Positions 35,836 to 53,252 of a stretch of DNA of 64,000 bases are shown here, piece after piece (positions within the stretch are counted from its first letter, which is position 1; each line of letters starts with the position of its first letter). The DNA lies in NCBI RefSeq assembly GCF_009914755.1, contig NC_060942.1. One strand, written 5' to 3'. The stretch is from the human T2T-CHM13v2.0 reference genome, Homo sapiens. A program made the translations under genes and the position numbers. Below the pieces are notes generated by a model that was not told where the DNA came from, did no database searches, and was given only the letters and a program-made list of their open reading frames with translations.

Positions 35836-38770
35836 CTCTTACCGGGGTGCTTGGTACACAGCTTACACTGACCTGAATTTGGACTGGGTTTGGCCTCTAT
35901 AGTGAAGTTTGATGTCGTCTCTGCTTTATTGCCATGGTATTACTGTGGTTGTTTGTAATTTATTTTACAGTAATTTCATACTTCTAGGAATCTTGCAATA
36001 GCAGTGTAAAGTGTAACTTATCCCTTCTCCTAGATTCCTCAGCAGTTACAGCAACTCCACACAAAACACTCCAGTGTATTTTACCAAAGCAAAGACAGCC
36101 TCCCAGCTAACCACCACGTAACTCCCAAATCAGGAAATGCAAGGTCTCTACCTGACAATCCAATCCACAGACCCATTTCACTTCACTGCCTGCCCCAACT
36201 GGGAGAAAGGGTCTCTTTCCATTTGGATTGGGTTTTCCTTTTTCTGGAATGTTCCTGAGCTGTCCCTCAGTTTCACAACGTTGGCAGATAACTCCCAGCT
36301 GGGTCTGCCCCGTGTTTCCTCCTGAGCAGATGCAGACCCTGCGTTCCCAGGGAAAACACCTCAGCCCAATGCTTGCTCTCCTCAGTGCAACCCACCAGAA
36401 AGCACAATCCACCCGCCCACAGCTGGTGATCTCAACTGTAAAATGGCAAAATTCTCATTTTCAAACCCAAGGTTCACAATGTCACTCTCTGATTCAACTT
36501 TTACAATGGATTCCCACTGGCCTTAGAACAAGGACCACAGGACTGACCATGACCTCCACACACTGTGTGCTCCTTCCTGCATGCTGCCCTTTCCAAGGCA
36601 TTCAACCCCAGTGGCCTGCAGTCTCGTATGCTCTCTCTTACGGGACACAGCAGCCTCCTGGGTGTCTCGAGTATTTAATGCATGTTCCCTCAAGCCATTC
36701 ACCCAATGTCCACCCTTAGCAAATTGTCTAAGACATTGTCCAGCAAAATCCTTAAAGTCACTGCAGGTGTGGTATCTAACAGTAGTAAAGTTAATAATGT
36801 GGTTTTTCTAAGAACAAAACATAATTATTTCTTGGATAATCTGCAAGAATCACCCGCAATTTGTAGATCAAGGAAATAATAGTTTAATGGAACCAAAGTC
36901 CATGTATGAGATAATTAGGAAAGAAAAACAAAATCTCAGTGTTGAACAAAAGGCAAATGGCACAACTAATTACTGAAATTTAATAAGAACACACTGGGCC
37001 GGGCATGGTGGCTCATGCCTGTAATCCCAGCACTTTGCGGGGGTCTGAGGCCAGCCTGGGCAAGATGGCAAAACCTCATCTCTACAAAAAAAAACAAAAA
37101 TTAGCTGAGCACGGTTGTATATACCTGTAGTCCCAGCTACTCGGGAGGCTGAAGCGGGAGGATGGCTTGAGCCCGGGAGGATGCAGTGAGCCGAGATGGT
37201 GCCAGAGGACTCCAGCCTGGGCAATCGGGCCAGACCTTAGAAACACTCTCCTCCTGACTCTTCAGGGAGCCAGACAGAGAATTCTCTCTCTTCTGCTGCC
37301 TCCTAAATAAAAGCTTAAAAACACCTAAATAAAAGCTTTGTCTGGGAAACTTGCTCATCCTCATGTCAATTTCTATTACTGGAGAGTCAAGAAACTCTGG
37401 TCAGTAACAAATACCACTGACAGCTCGTTCCTGCAAAAGGTGTTGCATTAAGCAGGAATTATTTTAAAATAATTAAAGCTTGTCATTGGGTCATAAGAAA
37501 TTGTTTAATATAACAATTCCCTCAATTGAAAACAAGATAAACTAAGAAGTATATTTTTAAAATATTATTGATGGAAACAAATAGCAGAAACACATAGGAT
37601 TAAGAATTCTGTTGAAAACTAAAAGGAGATAAATTAGAAGTCAAATAAGAGAAGCTTATTGGCCAGGCACAGTGGCTCATGCCTGTAATCACAGTACTTT
37701 GGGAGGCCGAGGCGGGCGGATCAGCTGAGGTCAGGAGTTTGAGAACGGCATGGCCAACATGGCGAAACCCAGGCTCTACTAAAAATACAATAATCAGCTG
37801 GGCATGGTGGTGCAGGCCTGTAATCCCAGCTACTCAAGAGGCTGAGGACGAATTGCTTGAACACAGGAGGTGGAGGCTGCAGTCAGCCGAGATCTCCACT
37901 GCGCCACTGCACTCCAGCTTGGGAGACAGAGCAAAACCCTGTCTCAAAAAAATAAAAAATAAAAGAAAGGAGAAACTTATTGAATCAAACTGGAAACTGA
38001 GAGAAAATGGGTGATTTCCTAGTAAAAATACACATTAACAAAATGGACTCTAAAATAAGGAAAATTTAAATATACTGATTACCATAGAAAAGCTTGGAGT
38101 GACCCTTAGAGATCCCCATTAAAAAAGGACCCCAGGGACAGGGCATGGTGGCTCATGCCTGTAATCCCAACACTTTGGGAGGACAAGGCGGGCAGATCAC
38201 TTGAGGTAAGGAGTTTGAGACCAGCCTTGCCAACATGGTGAAACCCCACCTCTACTAAAAACACACAAAAAATTACCCAGGCATCATGGCGCACACTTGT
38301 AGTCCCAGCTACTTCGGGGCTGAGGAAGGAGAATCGCTTGAGTCCAGGAAGGGGAGGTTGCAGTGAGCGGAGATCGCGCCACTACACCCTAGCCTGAGCA
38401 ACAGAGTGAGACTGCATCTCAAAAAAGAAAAAGAAAAAAGAAAAATACTGCAGGGCCGGGCGCAGTAGTTCACACCTGTAATCCCCAGCACTTTGGGGAG
38501 GCTGAGGTGGGGGGATCACCTGAGGTCTGGAGTTCAAGACAAGCCTGACCAATATGGTGAAACCCCATCTCTACTAAAAATACAAAATTAGCCACATGCC
38601 TGTAATCCCAGCTACTTGGGAGGCTGAGGCAGGAGAATCGTTTGAACCCAGGAGTCAGAGGTTGCAGTGAGCCGAGATCTCACCATTGCACTCCAGCCTC
38701 GGAAAAAAGAGTGAAAATCTGTCTCAAAAAAAAAAAGTGGGGGAGATCTTCGGCTGGGTGCAGTGGCTCA

Positions 38771-39111
<341 letters not shown>

Positions 39112-39346
39112 TCACTTGAGGTCAGGAGTTAGAGATCAGCCTGACCAACATGGTGAAATCCCATCTCTACTAAAAATACAAAATTAGCCAGGCATTCTGG
39201 TGCACACCTGTATTCCCAGCTACTCAGGAGGCTGAGGTAGGAGAGCTTCTTGAACCCAGGAGGCAGAGGTTGCAGCGAGCGAAGATTGGGACATTGCACT
39301 TTAGCCTGGGCAACAGGAGCTAAAATCCGTATCAAAAACAAACAAA

Positions 39347-39384
<38 letters not shown>

Positions 39385-39548
39385 GCCTGGCATGGTGGTT
39401 CAGGCCTGCCTGCAATCCCAGCACTTTGGAAGGCCAAGGCGGGTGGATCACTTGAGGTCGGGAGTTCGAGACCAGCCTGGCCAACATGGTGAAACCCCAC
39501 CTCTATTAAAAATACAAAATTAGCCCGGTGTGGTGATGCAAGCCTTTA

Positions 39549-39742
<194 letters not shown>

Positions 39743-40592
39743 TCACGAGGTCAGAAGTGCAAGACCAGCCTGGCCAAATTGGTGAAACCCCATCTCTACT
39801 AAAAATACAAAAAAATTAGCTGGGCGTTGTGGCAGGCGCCTGTAATCCCAGCTCTTGGGGAGGCTGAGACAGAGCATTGCTTCAACCTGGGAGGTGGAGG
39901 TTACAGCAAGCTGAGATCACGCCACTGCACTCCAGCCTGGGAGACAGAGCGAGACTCCATCTCAAAAAAAAAAAAAAAAAAAAAAGGAAAAAAAGATAAG
40001 AAAAGACACCACAGGGCCATACGGGTTTACAGCTCAGTATTAAGTAACCTTAACGAAATCTGATTTTATTTAAAATGGTCAAGGCCAAGGAAAAAAAAAG
40101 ATTAGTGACTTTCTTCAATTAATTTTATGGTATCATGTCAAAGCTTGATATAGTTAATACATTTCAACTAACTTAGGATGAGAATGTTTATAAAACAGAC
40201 GTCATTTTATGTACCATTACAAATACACTGTAAATTAAACAGACTTTCTCGACAAAAGAAAAACTGTTGTTGACGAGTTCACTTCCATTAGACGCACACA
40301 ATGGTTTTTTTGGTTTTGTTTTCATTTGTTTGTGTTTTTTGAGACAAGGTCTCGCTCTGTTGCCCAGGGCTTGAGTGCAGTGGCATGACCATGATAATGT
40401 GCCTACTTTTCCATTTTCCTGTGTTGTTTCCACTATGTTAACAAATGAGCCTGAAAACACGGAGCACTGACCAGGCGACGTGGCTCACGCCTGTAATCCC
40501 AGCACTTTGGGAGGCCGAGGTGGGTGGATCACCTGATGAGGTTGGGAGTTCGAGACCAGCCTGACCAACATGGAGAAACCCCGTCTCTACTA

Positions 40593-41874
<1,282 letters not shown>

Positions 41875-41886
41875 TCACGCCTGTAA

Positions 41887-42275
<389 letters not shown>

Positions 42276-42348
42276 TGAACCACCGCGCCCGGCCAATTTT
42301 TTTTTTTTTTTAATTAGCTGTGCATGGTGGCTGGTGCCTATACTCCTA

Positions 42349-42664
<316 letters not shown>

Positions 42665-42962
42665 TCAGGAGGCTGAGGCAGGAGAATTGCTTAAACCCGG
42701 GAGGCGGAGGTTGCAGTGAGCCAAGATCGCACCACCGCACTCCAGCCTGGGCGACAGAGCAAGGCTCTGTCTCAAAAAAAAAAAAAAAGAAAGAAAAAGA
42801 AAAAAGAAAAAAAGATAGCCAGTAGACAAAACTCTATTTATTTTCTTTCTTTTCTTTTTACTCTTAAAAAGGGTCTCGCTCTGTCGCCCAGAATGGAGTG
42901 CAGTGCCCTGAGCATGATAATGTGCTACTTTTCCATTTTCCTGTGTTGTTTCCACTACGTTA

Positions 42963-43950
<988 letters not shown>

Positions 43951-44070
43951 TCACGCCTGTAATCCCAGCACTTTGAGAGGCTGAGGCGGGGGGATCACTT
44001 GAGGTCAGGCGTTCGAGACCAGCCTGGCCAACGTGGTGAACCCTCGTCTCTACTAAAAATACAAAAATTA

Positions 44071-44292
<222 letters not shown>

Positions 44293-44478
44293 TTAAGAGA
44301 CAGGGTCTCGTTCTGTTACCCAGGCTTGAGGACAGTGGCATAATCACAGCTCCTGGGTTCAGCTTCCAGCTCCCGGCTTCAAGAGATTGTCCAACCTCAG
44401 CCTCCCAAAGCACTGAGATTACAGGTGTGAACCACCGTGCCCAGCCCCACCTGATTTTCTTTTATTTATTTATTTTAA

Positions 44479-46550
<2,072 letters not shown>

Positions 46551-46764
46551 CACGTTCTGCTCCATCTGCCGCTCTCTCCAGACCACAGCTCTTCCTCAAA
46601 CCCACCCCATGAGAGGCTGAGGACAGAAGCAGGACCCTTCACAGGCCACCATCACTGCTGGATGGTCATTTCCAGCACTGACTGGGAGCTCCAGCCTCAT
46701 CTCTCAGTTTCTAGGAGCAAGTGGGAGGATGAGGACAAGGAGGAATGAGGGCTCTGGCCTCCCA

Positions 46765-47425
46765 GGAACTGTCCCTGAACCTCCACCCTGCTGTCCATGA
46801 AGCTGCCCCTGAGCCTCCACCCTGACCTCAGCCCAGTGCTGTCCCTGAGCCTCCACCCTGCTGTCCCCAGAGCTGCCCCTGAACCTCCACCCTGACCTCA
46901 GCCCAGAGCTGTCCCTGAGCCTCCACTACTGCTGTCCCCAGAGCTGCCCCTGAGTCTCCACCCTTACCTTAGCCCAGAGCTGTCCCTGAACCTCCAGCCT
47001 GCTGTCCCCGGAGCTGCCCCTGAGCCTCCACCCTTACCTTAGCCCAGAGCTGTCCCTGAACCTCCACCCTGCTGTCCCCGGAGCTGCCCCTGAGCCTCCA
47101 CCCTTACCTTAGCCCAGAGCTGTCCCTGAACCTCCACCCTGCTGTCCCCGGAGCTGCCCCTGAGCCTCCACCCTTACCTTAGCCCAGAGCTGTCCCTGAA
47201 CCTCCACCCTGCTGTCCCCGGAGCTGCCCCTGAGCCTCCACCCTGCTGTCCCCAGAGCTGCCCCTGAGGCTCCACCCTGCTGTCCCCGGAGCTGCCCCTG
47301 AGGCTCCACCCTGCTGTCCCCGGAGCTGCCCCTGAGGCTCCACCCTGCTGTCCCTGGAGTTGCCCCTGAGCCTCCACCCTGCTGTCCCCGAAACTGTCAT
47401 TGAGCATCCACCGGGCTGTCCCTAG
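46765..47425 (+). repeat. GC-rich VNTR: 70-bp dimer (34+36 bp) switching to 34-bp monomers
   Basis: cccttacctt recurs at 46961, 47031, 47101 and 47171; monomers gagctgcccctgagcctccaccctgctgtcccc from 47221. Confidence 0.95.
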
Positions 47426-48601
47426 AGCCCAGAAAGCCTAGGGCTGGCCAAACCTCACCCCTCACTCCTCCTCTGGCCCCTCTTCCCAGCCATCAGCACT
47501 TTGGAACAGCCATGAAGCCCCTTTTAATCTCTAGAAAGGTGCCTCAGGAAGGCACAGAGAGGTCACACCAGGTGGTCATGGTGCCTTACCTGTGTACACT
47601 GGGCCCAGGCTGGCCCTTTAAGGGGATGATGGTGGAACAGCTGAGACCACACCCCTCTTCTCAGAGAGGCCAGGGATAAAGAAAAGGGACAGCGGAAGGA
47701 AGAACCTGTGGGCAGGATGCTGAGGGTAGAGGCTGCTCCCCACAGGCACTGAGCGGAGGGATCCTTTCTCCCTGAAGCTGCCCCTGAGCCTCCATCCAGA
47801 CAGGACCTCCAACCACTGCTAGGGGCCCATTCTCAGGAGGTTCAGTCCCAGACAAGGGCTCCGGAGACTTAAGTCCACTTTCCCAAAATGGACATGATTC
47901 ATCTGGCAAGTCAGGGACCCAGGACATCCAGGACCAAGCCTTGCTAAGGACGGAAGGGAGTAACATGCCCTGGTGGACGTGGGGGCCAAGTCCTCCTGTG
48001 GCAGATAGGCAAGGGGCTGTGCCCTCCACTCCGTACACCCTGCTGGCAGCACATGCTCTGAGCTCAGGTCCCAGTGCCTTCCTGCTCCTCCTCCAGGCCC
48101 ACAGATTTCTAAGGACCCGCTGGGCCACAGGTGAACAGTGCAGTGGCCTCCTGGACGCAGGGCTCCAAGGCTCCTCATCGGGTGCCAGCACAGTCCTGGC
48201 TCAGCAGCACACCAGCCCTGTGGGCCCCCATCCGAGTCTGGAACAGAGTGCAGGAGGAGGGAAGGGCTCAGGTAGCATGTTCAGAACTCATCCTGGGAGC
48301 AGCTGCCTCCTTTCTGGCAAGCCCAGCCTCCCTCCTCCTCCAGGAAGCCCTCCTGAGGTCCACACCCAGAGGCCAAGCAGCGCCTGTGTCTTGGACATTC
48401 TGTCTTTCCTCCATGTGCCAGCCCAGCCTCATCACGGGACCCTGAGTCCCTTCAGGCTCCTCAGCACTCCCCCAGCACAGGACCTGGTGCTCACGGCAGC
48501 CTGAACCAAGGTACAGATGGTGATATCTGCCCAGGACAGAGCCAACTCCTGACAGCATGTGCCTCAGGGCCTTTCAGCAGCTGCAGAGACTGGGCATTCC
48601 C

Positions 48602-48652
<51 letters not shown>

Positions 48653-49062
48653 ACACACACACACACAGACACATACACACACAGACACACACATAAACAC
48701 ACACACAGACATACACAAACACACACAGACACACACACGAACACACACAGACACAAACACACACAGACACACACATAAACACACACACAGACATACACAA
48801 ACACACACAGACACACACACACAAACACACACAGACACACACACAGATACACAGACACACACATACACACACAAACACACACAGACACACACAGACACAC
48901 AGACATACACACAAACACAAACACACAGACACACACATAAACACAGACACACAGACATACACACACACAAACACACAGACACACACAAACACACACACAT
49001 AAACACACACAGACACACACAGACATACACACAGACACACACACAAACACATACACACACAC
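48602..49062 (+). repeat. Compound (CA)n microsatellite, pure at the left end then interrupted by GA/TA/AA; IL9R pseudogene intron 8
   Basis: About 460 bp of CA-based repeat. Confidence 0.97.
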
Positions 49063-52048
49063 AAGTCGCTGTCAGGACTGGTGACTTTCAAAGCACTGGG
49101 CTAAGGCGAGCAGACCTGGATCCTTCTGTGGGGCCACAGGCGGCCCCTGCCTCCAAAAGGAAGCTGTTCCCTTGGTGAGACCAGGAACCTCCATCCCATG
49201 CACAACACACAACACACCCTCCATCACTGCACTGCTCCCTAAACACACAACACACCCTCCGTCACTGCACTGCTCCCTGGAGACAAACCTACGGCACCAG
49301 ATCCCCACCCGCAGGTCTAAATAACCCCTGGCAGGTGCCCTGATTCTCTAGGGAAGGGCTGGTGCCTGCAACAGGATGACAGTCCAGGGGACAGTCATGA
49401 TCTGTGCCCTGCTCAGCCTTGTACTCGGCTGCCCAGGCTCGTGACAGTCACACCTACCACCTTGGGGAAAGGGGGAGACTCTGTGAAGAGCCAAGTGCCT
49501 GGTTTATGGTTCAAATTGAACATTTGGACAAAAATCTTGAAAACTAGGCTCCTCATTGAGAGAAAAAAGGATTTTTCTGCATAGTAAGTTGGAGCCGCGG
49601 TGTGGAAGGGACATCCTTGCTGCACAGGGCCCAGGGATGCCCTAGGGCACAGGGAGGGAAGATCCTGGAGAAGAGGGGTCAGCTTGGCCCAGACCCCAGG
49701 GAGGGGCCCTCACTGCTTCTTGTCCTTTGCCCAAAGTGAGGAGTCTGAGGGGAAAAACCAGAGACCATTCAATGGAGCCCTCCCTCTCCCCCTCCTCCCA
49801 CCCAGGGGGCATGAACCGCCAGCCCTGCAGGGAGGGGAGGGGCTGATGCAACCCCCAAGTTGCTCACTGGTTCCTGGGCTGTGGGGGCCCAACAGGGCCA
49901 CAGACGGGGAATTGCAGAGCCCACTCCACAGCTGTGGTGCCAGCATGCGATCTGTGGGGACCAGGGGACCAGGGGACCAGGCAGAGCAGGAGCCCAGAGG
50001 CAGTGAGAGCCCCAAGGGCAGCACACACACCACAGACCCTTCCCCATGGCCACAGGGCAGACACCTTTGCAGAAGGAGGAGGTGAGGCACATGGTGGGTG
50101 CAGACAGCCGCAAACCAGAGGGGACAGAGATAAGTCATGAGAAATTTACGTTTTTCCGTCAACAGTGGAACTGGAGACATGAGAACAAAAAGAAATCAGT
50201 AACGGAGAATAAAGCTAGTTTTTCCCCACTGGAGACACAGCGTATAAATTGAAATACACTGAATATACAGAAACGGCTCCAAGCACTGACAAGTTTCCCA
50301 TACTGGCCGCCAACCCTCATGAAAGCCAACATCTCTGGCAGGCCAGAGCTCTGGGCAACACCTGCCCCCGACGCCCTGCCGTGGTCTCTGCACACACCTG
50401 GAAGTTCCCATTGTGCACACCGTAGAGGGGCTAGGAGAACACCGCTAGAGAGGGCACATTCTAGTAGAAGGTTCTCTTCACCCTGAGGCCAGGAGAGGCC
50501 AGTCAGAGGCCTATGGGGACCCAGGTGGCCTGAGGTCACTGCAGAGGCTGAGCTTCCTTCCATCAGCAGGAGGTCCGCCCACCTCATCCCTGCCACTGCC
50601 TCTCTCCCATCTCATCACATCCCAACCCACTCTCAGGGCAGGACCTAACTGGGCCTCCTTGCCTAACAGCCGCATAGAACTGACTTATACTGAGGCACGC
50701 GTCCTTTACAGCATGAGCTACGATGGTGGGTTCAGAACAGGGAGTTGTCAGCTAGATCCTCAGCCCGCAGAGGGAGCCACACCTCCAGGAACTCTATCTT
50801 TGCCATCAGCACGTCTGTGGCTCCCACCCCACCCAGTGTCTCCCTGAGCACCTGACTTGCTGCCAAGGATCCAGTGACCCTCCCACAAGGATGTCACCTG
50901 GGGCTCCAACCCAACAGGTGCAAATAGACCTCGCCAACCTCCCCGCAAGGCTGTGCCCCATTTCCCCACCTCAGGGGTCACCACTCATATCTCATCCAGC
51001 CACACGTCCCCTCTATTTCTCCCCCTAAGACCCTGCAATTCCCTCCACCTTGCTCTATCTCCACTTCTTTCACTGGCTCACGCCAAATCATCTCCCTGTG
51101 GGCACCCCACTGGCCCCCACTGGCCCCCAGCAGGTCCCCCATGTCCCCTTTTCCCAGCAATCCATTCCTCAAAACATAAACTAGGTCGTATTACACAGTT
51201 TCACACTTTCCTTTGCTCCAAGGAGAAGCCAAGCACCCTCCCGCTTAGCCCCACCCAACACCCCTCTCCCCACACCCTCTTCCTCACATCCTCGGCCTGA
51301 CATGGCCCCTGCACTCCCTCTTGTAACCTGACATGTGGTGCATGAGGCGTGATGGTTTATTTAAGGAGGGTCCTTGTCCATCTTGTTCTCTAAGGCATCG
51401 GCCAGGGTGAGAAGAGGGTCCTGTGTACACCAGATGCCCCAACTGACCTTTCATATAACGTGTGAACAAATGAACAAACCAAGCTCCTCCAGAGGCAGGA
51501 GACTAGGACCTCCGGCTCTTGATCTCGGTGACTCTGGGTCTGGTCGGGACCAAGCTGCCCTTATCTTCAGCCTCTGCCTCAGACCCCCCTTCCCTGCTCT
51601 CCCCTGGCAAGTTGAGAACCCTCTTCTGGACCAGGGTGGAGACTCGAAAAGCCCACCCCGTCCAGGACCAGGCAGTGGAGAGGGGAGGGGAGGAACCAGA
51701 CAAGGGCGGCCCTTGACGGCCCACCCACCACACACTCACACATGCACACAGTCACACATCTGCACACATACACTAACATGCACACTCTTGCCCGCTCACA
51801 CATGTACACACACGCACACATCAGCCACCTACCTGGGCGACAGCTTGAACAGGAGGTAGGTCGGGCCAGTCAGCAGGAGAAAGATGGACACAGCAACAAA
51901 GGTGTTGCCTGGCCACCCCCAGGGTGGGATCAGAGGGTCCGTGGGCAGGAAGGGCCCAGGGCTGTGAGCAGCGTCAGTGCCAGGAGGCTCCCCACAAACC
52001 TACCTGGCAAAAGTGCGCCCTTTAGTGCCCTGGGCCAAAGTGGAAGGT

Positions 52049-52137
52049 TTGTGATGAGCCTTGGAGGTTTGTGTCATCTGCTGAAGGACCTTGTGATGGG
52101 CCTTGGAGGTTTGTGTCACCTGCTGAAGGACCTTGTG
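52049..52137 (+). repeat. 42-bp tandem duplication
   Basis: ttgtgatg(a/g)gccttggaggtttgtgtca(t/c)ctgctgaaggacc at 52049 and 52091. Confidence 0.9.
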
Positions 52138-52779
52138 TGAACCACACTCCTGGGCCTCACTCTTCCCATCTGCCACACAGTGGGTCATAAGGTCCCTGGG
52201 CCATCTCAGCACTGCAGTGCGCAAGGGTCAGTCCAGCCCCCATTAAGGACACTGAGGTCATGTCCAGCCTCCAGGCAGGAGCCCAGCCCTGGTGTGCAGC
52301 CCTGCCACCCTCACTCCTAACAGCAGCCACTAACTACAGGTTCCCAGGAAGCCCCAGAGTTGGCAGGTGTTTGTTTCCTCCCTGCAGACCTCAAAGCTTC
52401 AGAGGAAGGGGGTCAACTGGGACATGGCTGACTCAGGGAGGGGCTTCCAGGAGGCTGAAAGGGAGTGGGGGACACCCAGCCCAGACTCTGGAAGTGCGGC
52501 AGCCATAGCAGCGCCCACCTTGTCTCTGGGGAGCCTGGAAGCACACGGGCTGGCTCCCCTCGCTCCTCCTGTGCCCCGTCATCCCCCAGCATGGCCGTCT
52601 GGACACGCAGCCTGGCCTCAAGGATAAAGCCAGGGTCCAGCTCAAAGGCTTCAAGTATGAGCCAGGTCACCCCGACAATGTGATCCCTGTGCTGGGCCCG
52701 CTGTGGGGGTGGCGACAGTTGGCAGGTGCTGAAGGTGGGGCTGGGTCCCTCAGCCCTTGAGAATACACACACGCACACG

Positions 52780-53252
52780 CTCACATAACACACACATGAA
52801 CGCACCTGTGCTCACACAGGCACACTCGCCATGTTCACGTGCACACACACACAGAGAAGGCACACTCACACACAGATACAGCTGCGTTTGCCCACAAATA
52901 CACATATGCACACACAGGCAAACATGTCTACAGGCACACTTTCACACTCATCACACCTGCATGCACACTCATATACACGAGTGTGTGCACAGAAGCACAC
53001 TCACCACACTCACATACACGTACACAGAGGCATGCCCATGTGCACACTCACACATACAAACACAAGGCGCAGACACACTCATATGTACACTTACAAACAC
53101 AAACATGGGCACACTTGTAAGTGCACACATAAACACATGCACACTTACCACACTTATGTGCACACACAGAGACACAGGCACACTCACCCTACTCACATAC
53201 ACACACATGAAGCACACACATGTAAATGTTAGCATGTGTGCACACACACACC
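52780..53252 (+). repeat. Degenerate CA-rich low-complexity tract (a smaller one at ~51730-51820)
   Basis: cacac-rich sequence giving spurious His/Thr or Cys/Val ORFs. Confidence 0.85.

Noticed and set aside
46765-47425. VNTR, and the 20-bp array at 35505-35835, as CRISPR-like arrays
   Set aside because: Contiguous tandem units without unique spacers, no cas genes, and primate DNA
48491-49091. Long Cys/Val and His/Thr ORFs
   Set aside because: Translations of (CA)n; the same applies to 52757-53290
49200-49280. About 40-bp direct duplication next to the CA tract
   Set aside because: Ordinary intronic slippage duplication with no sign of function
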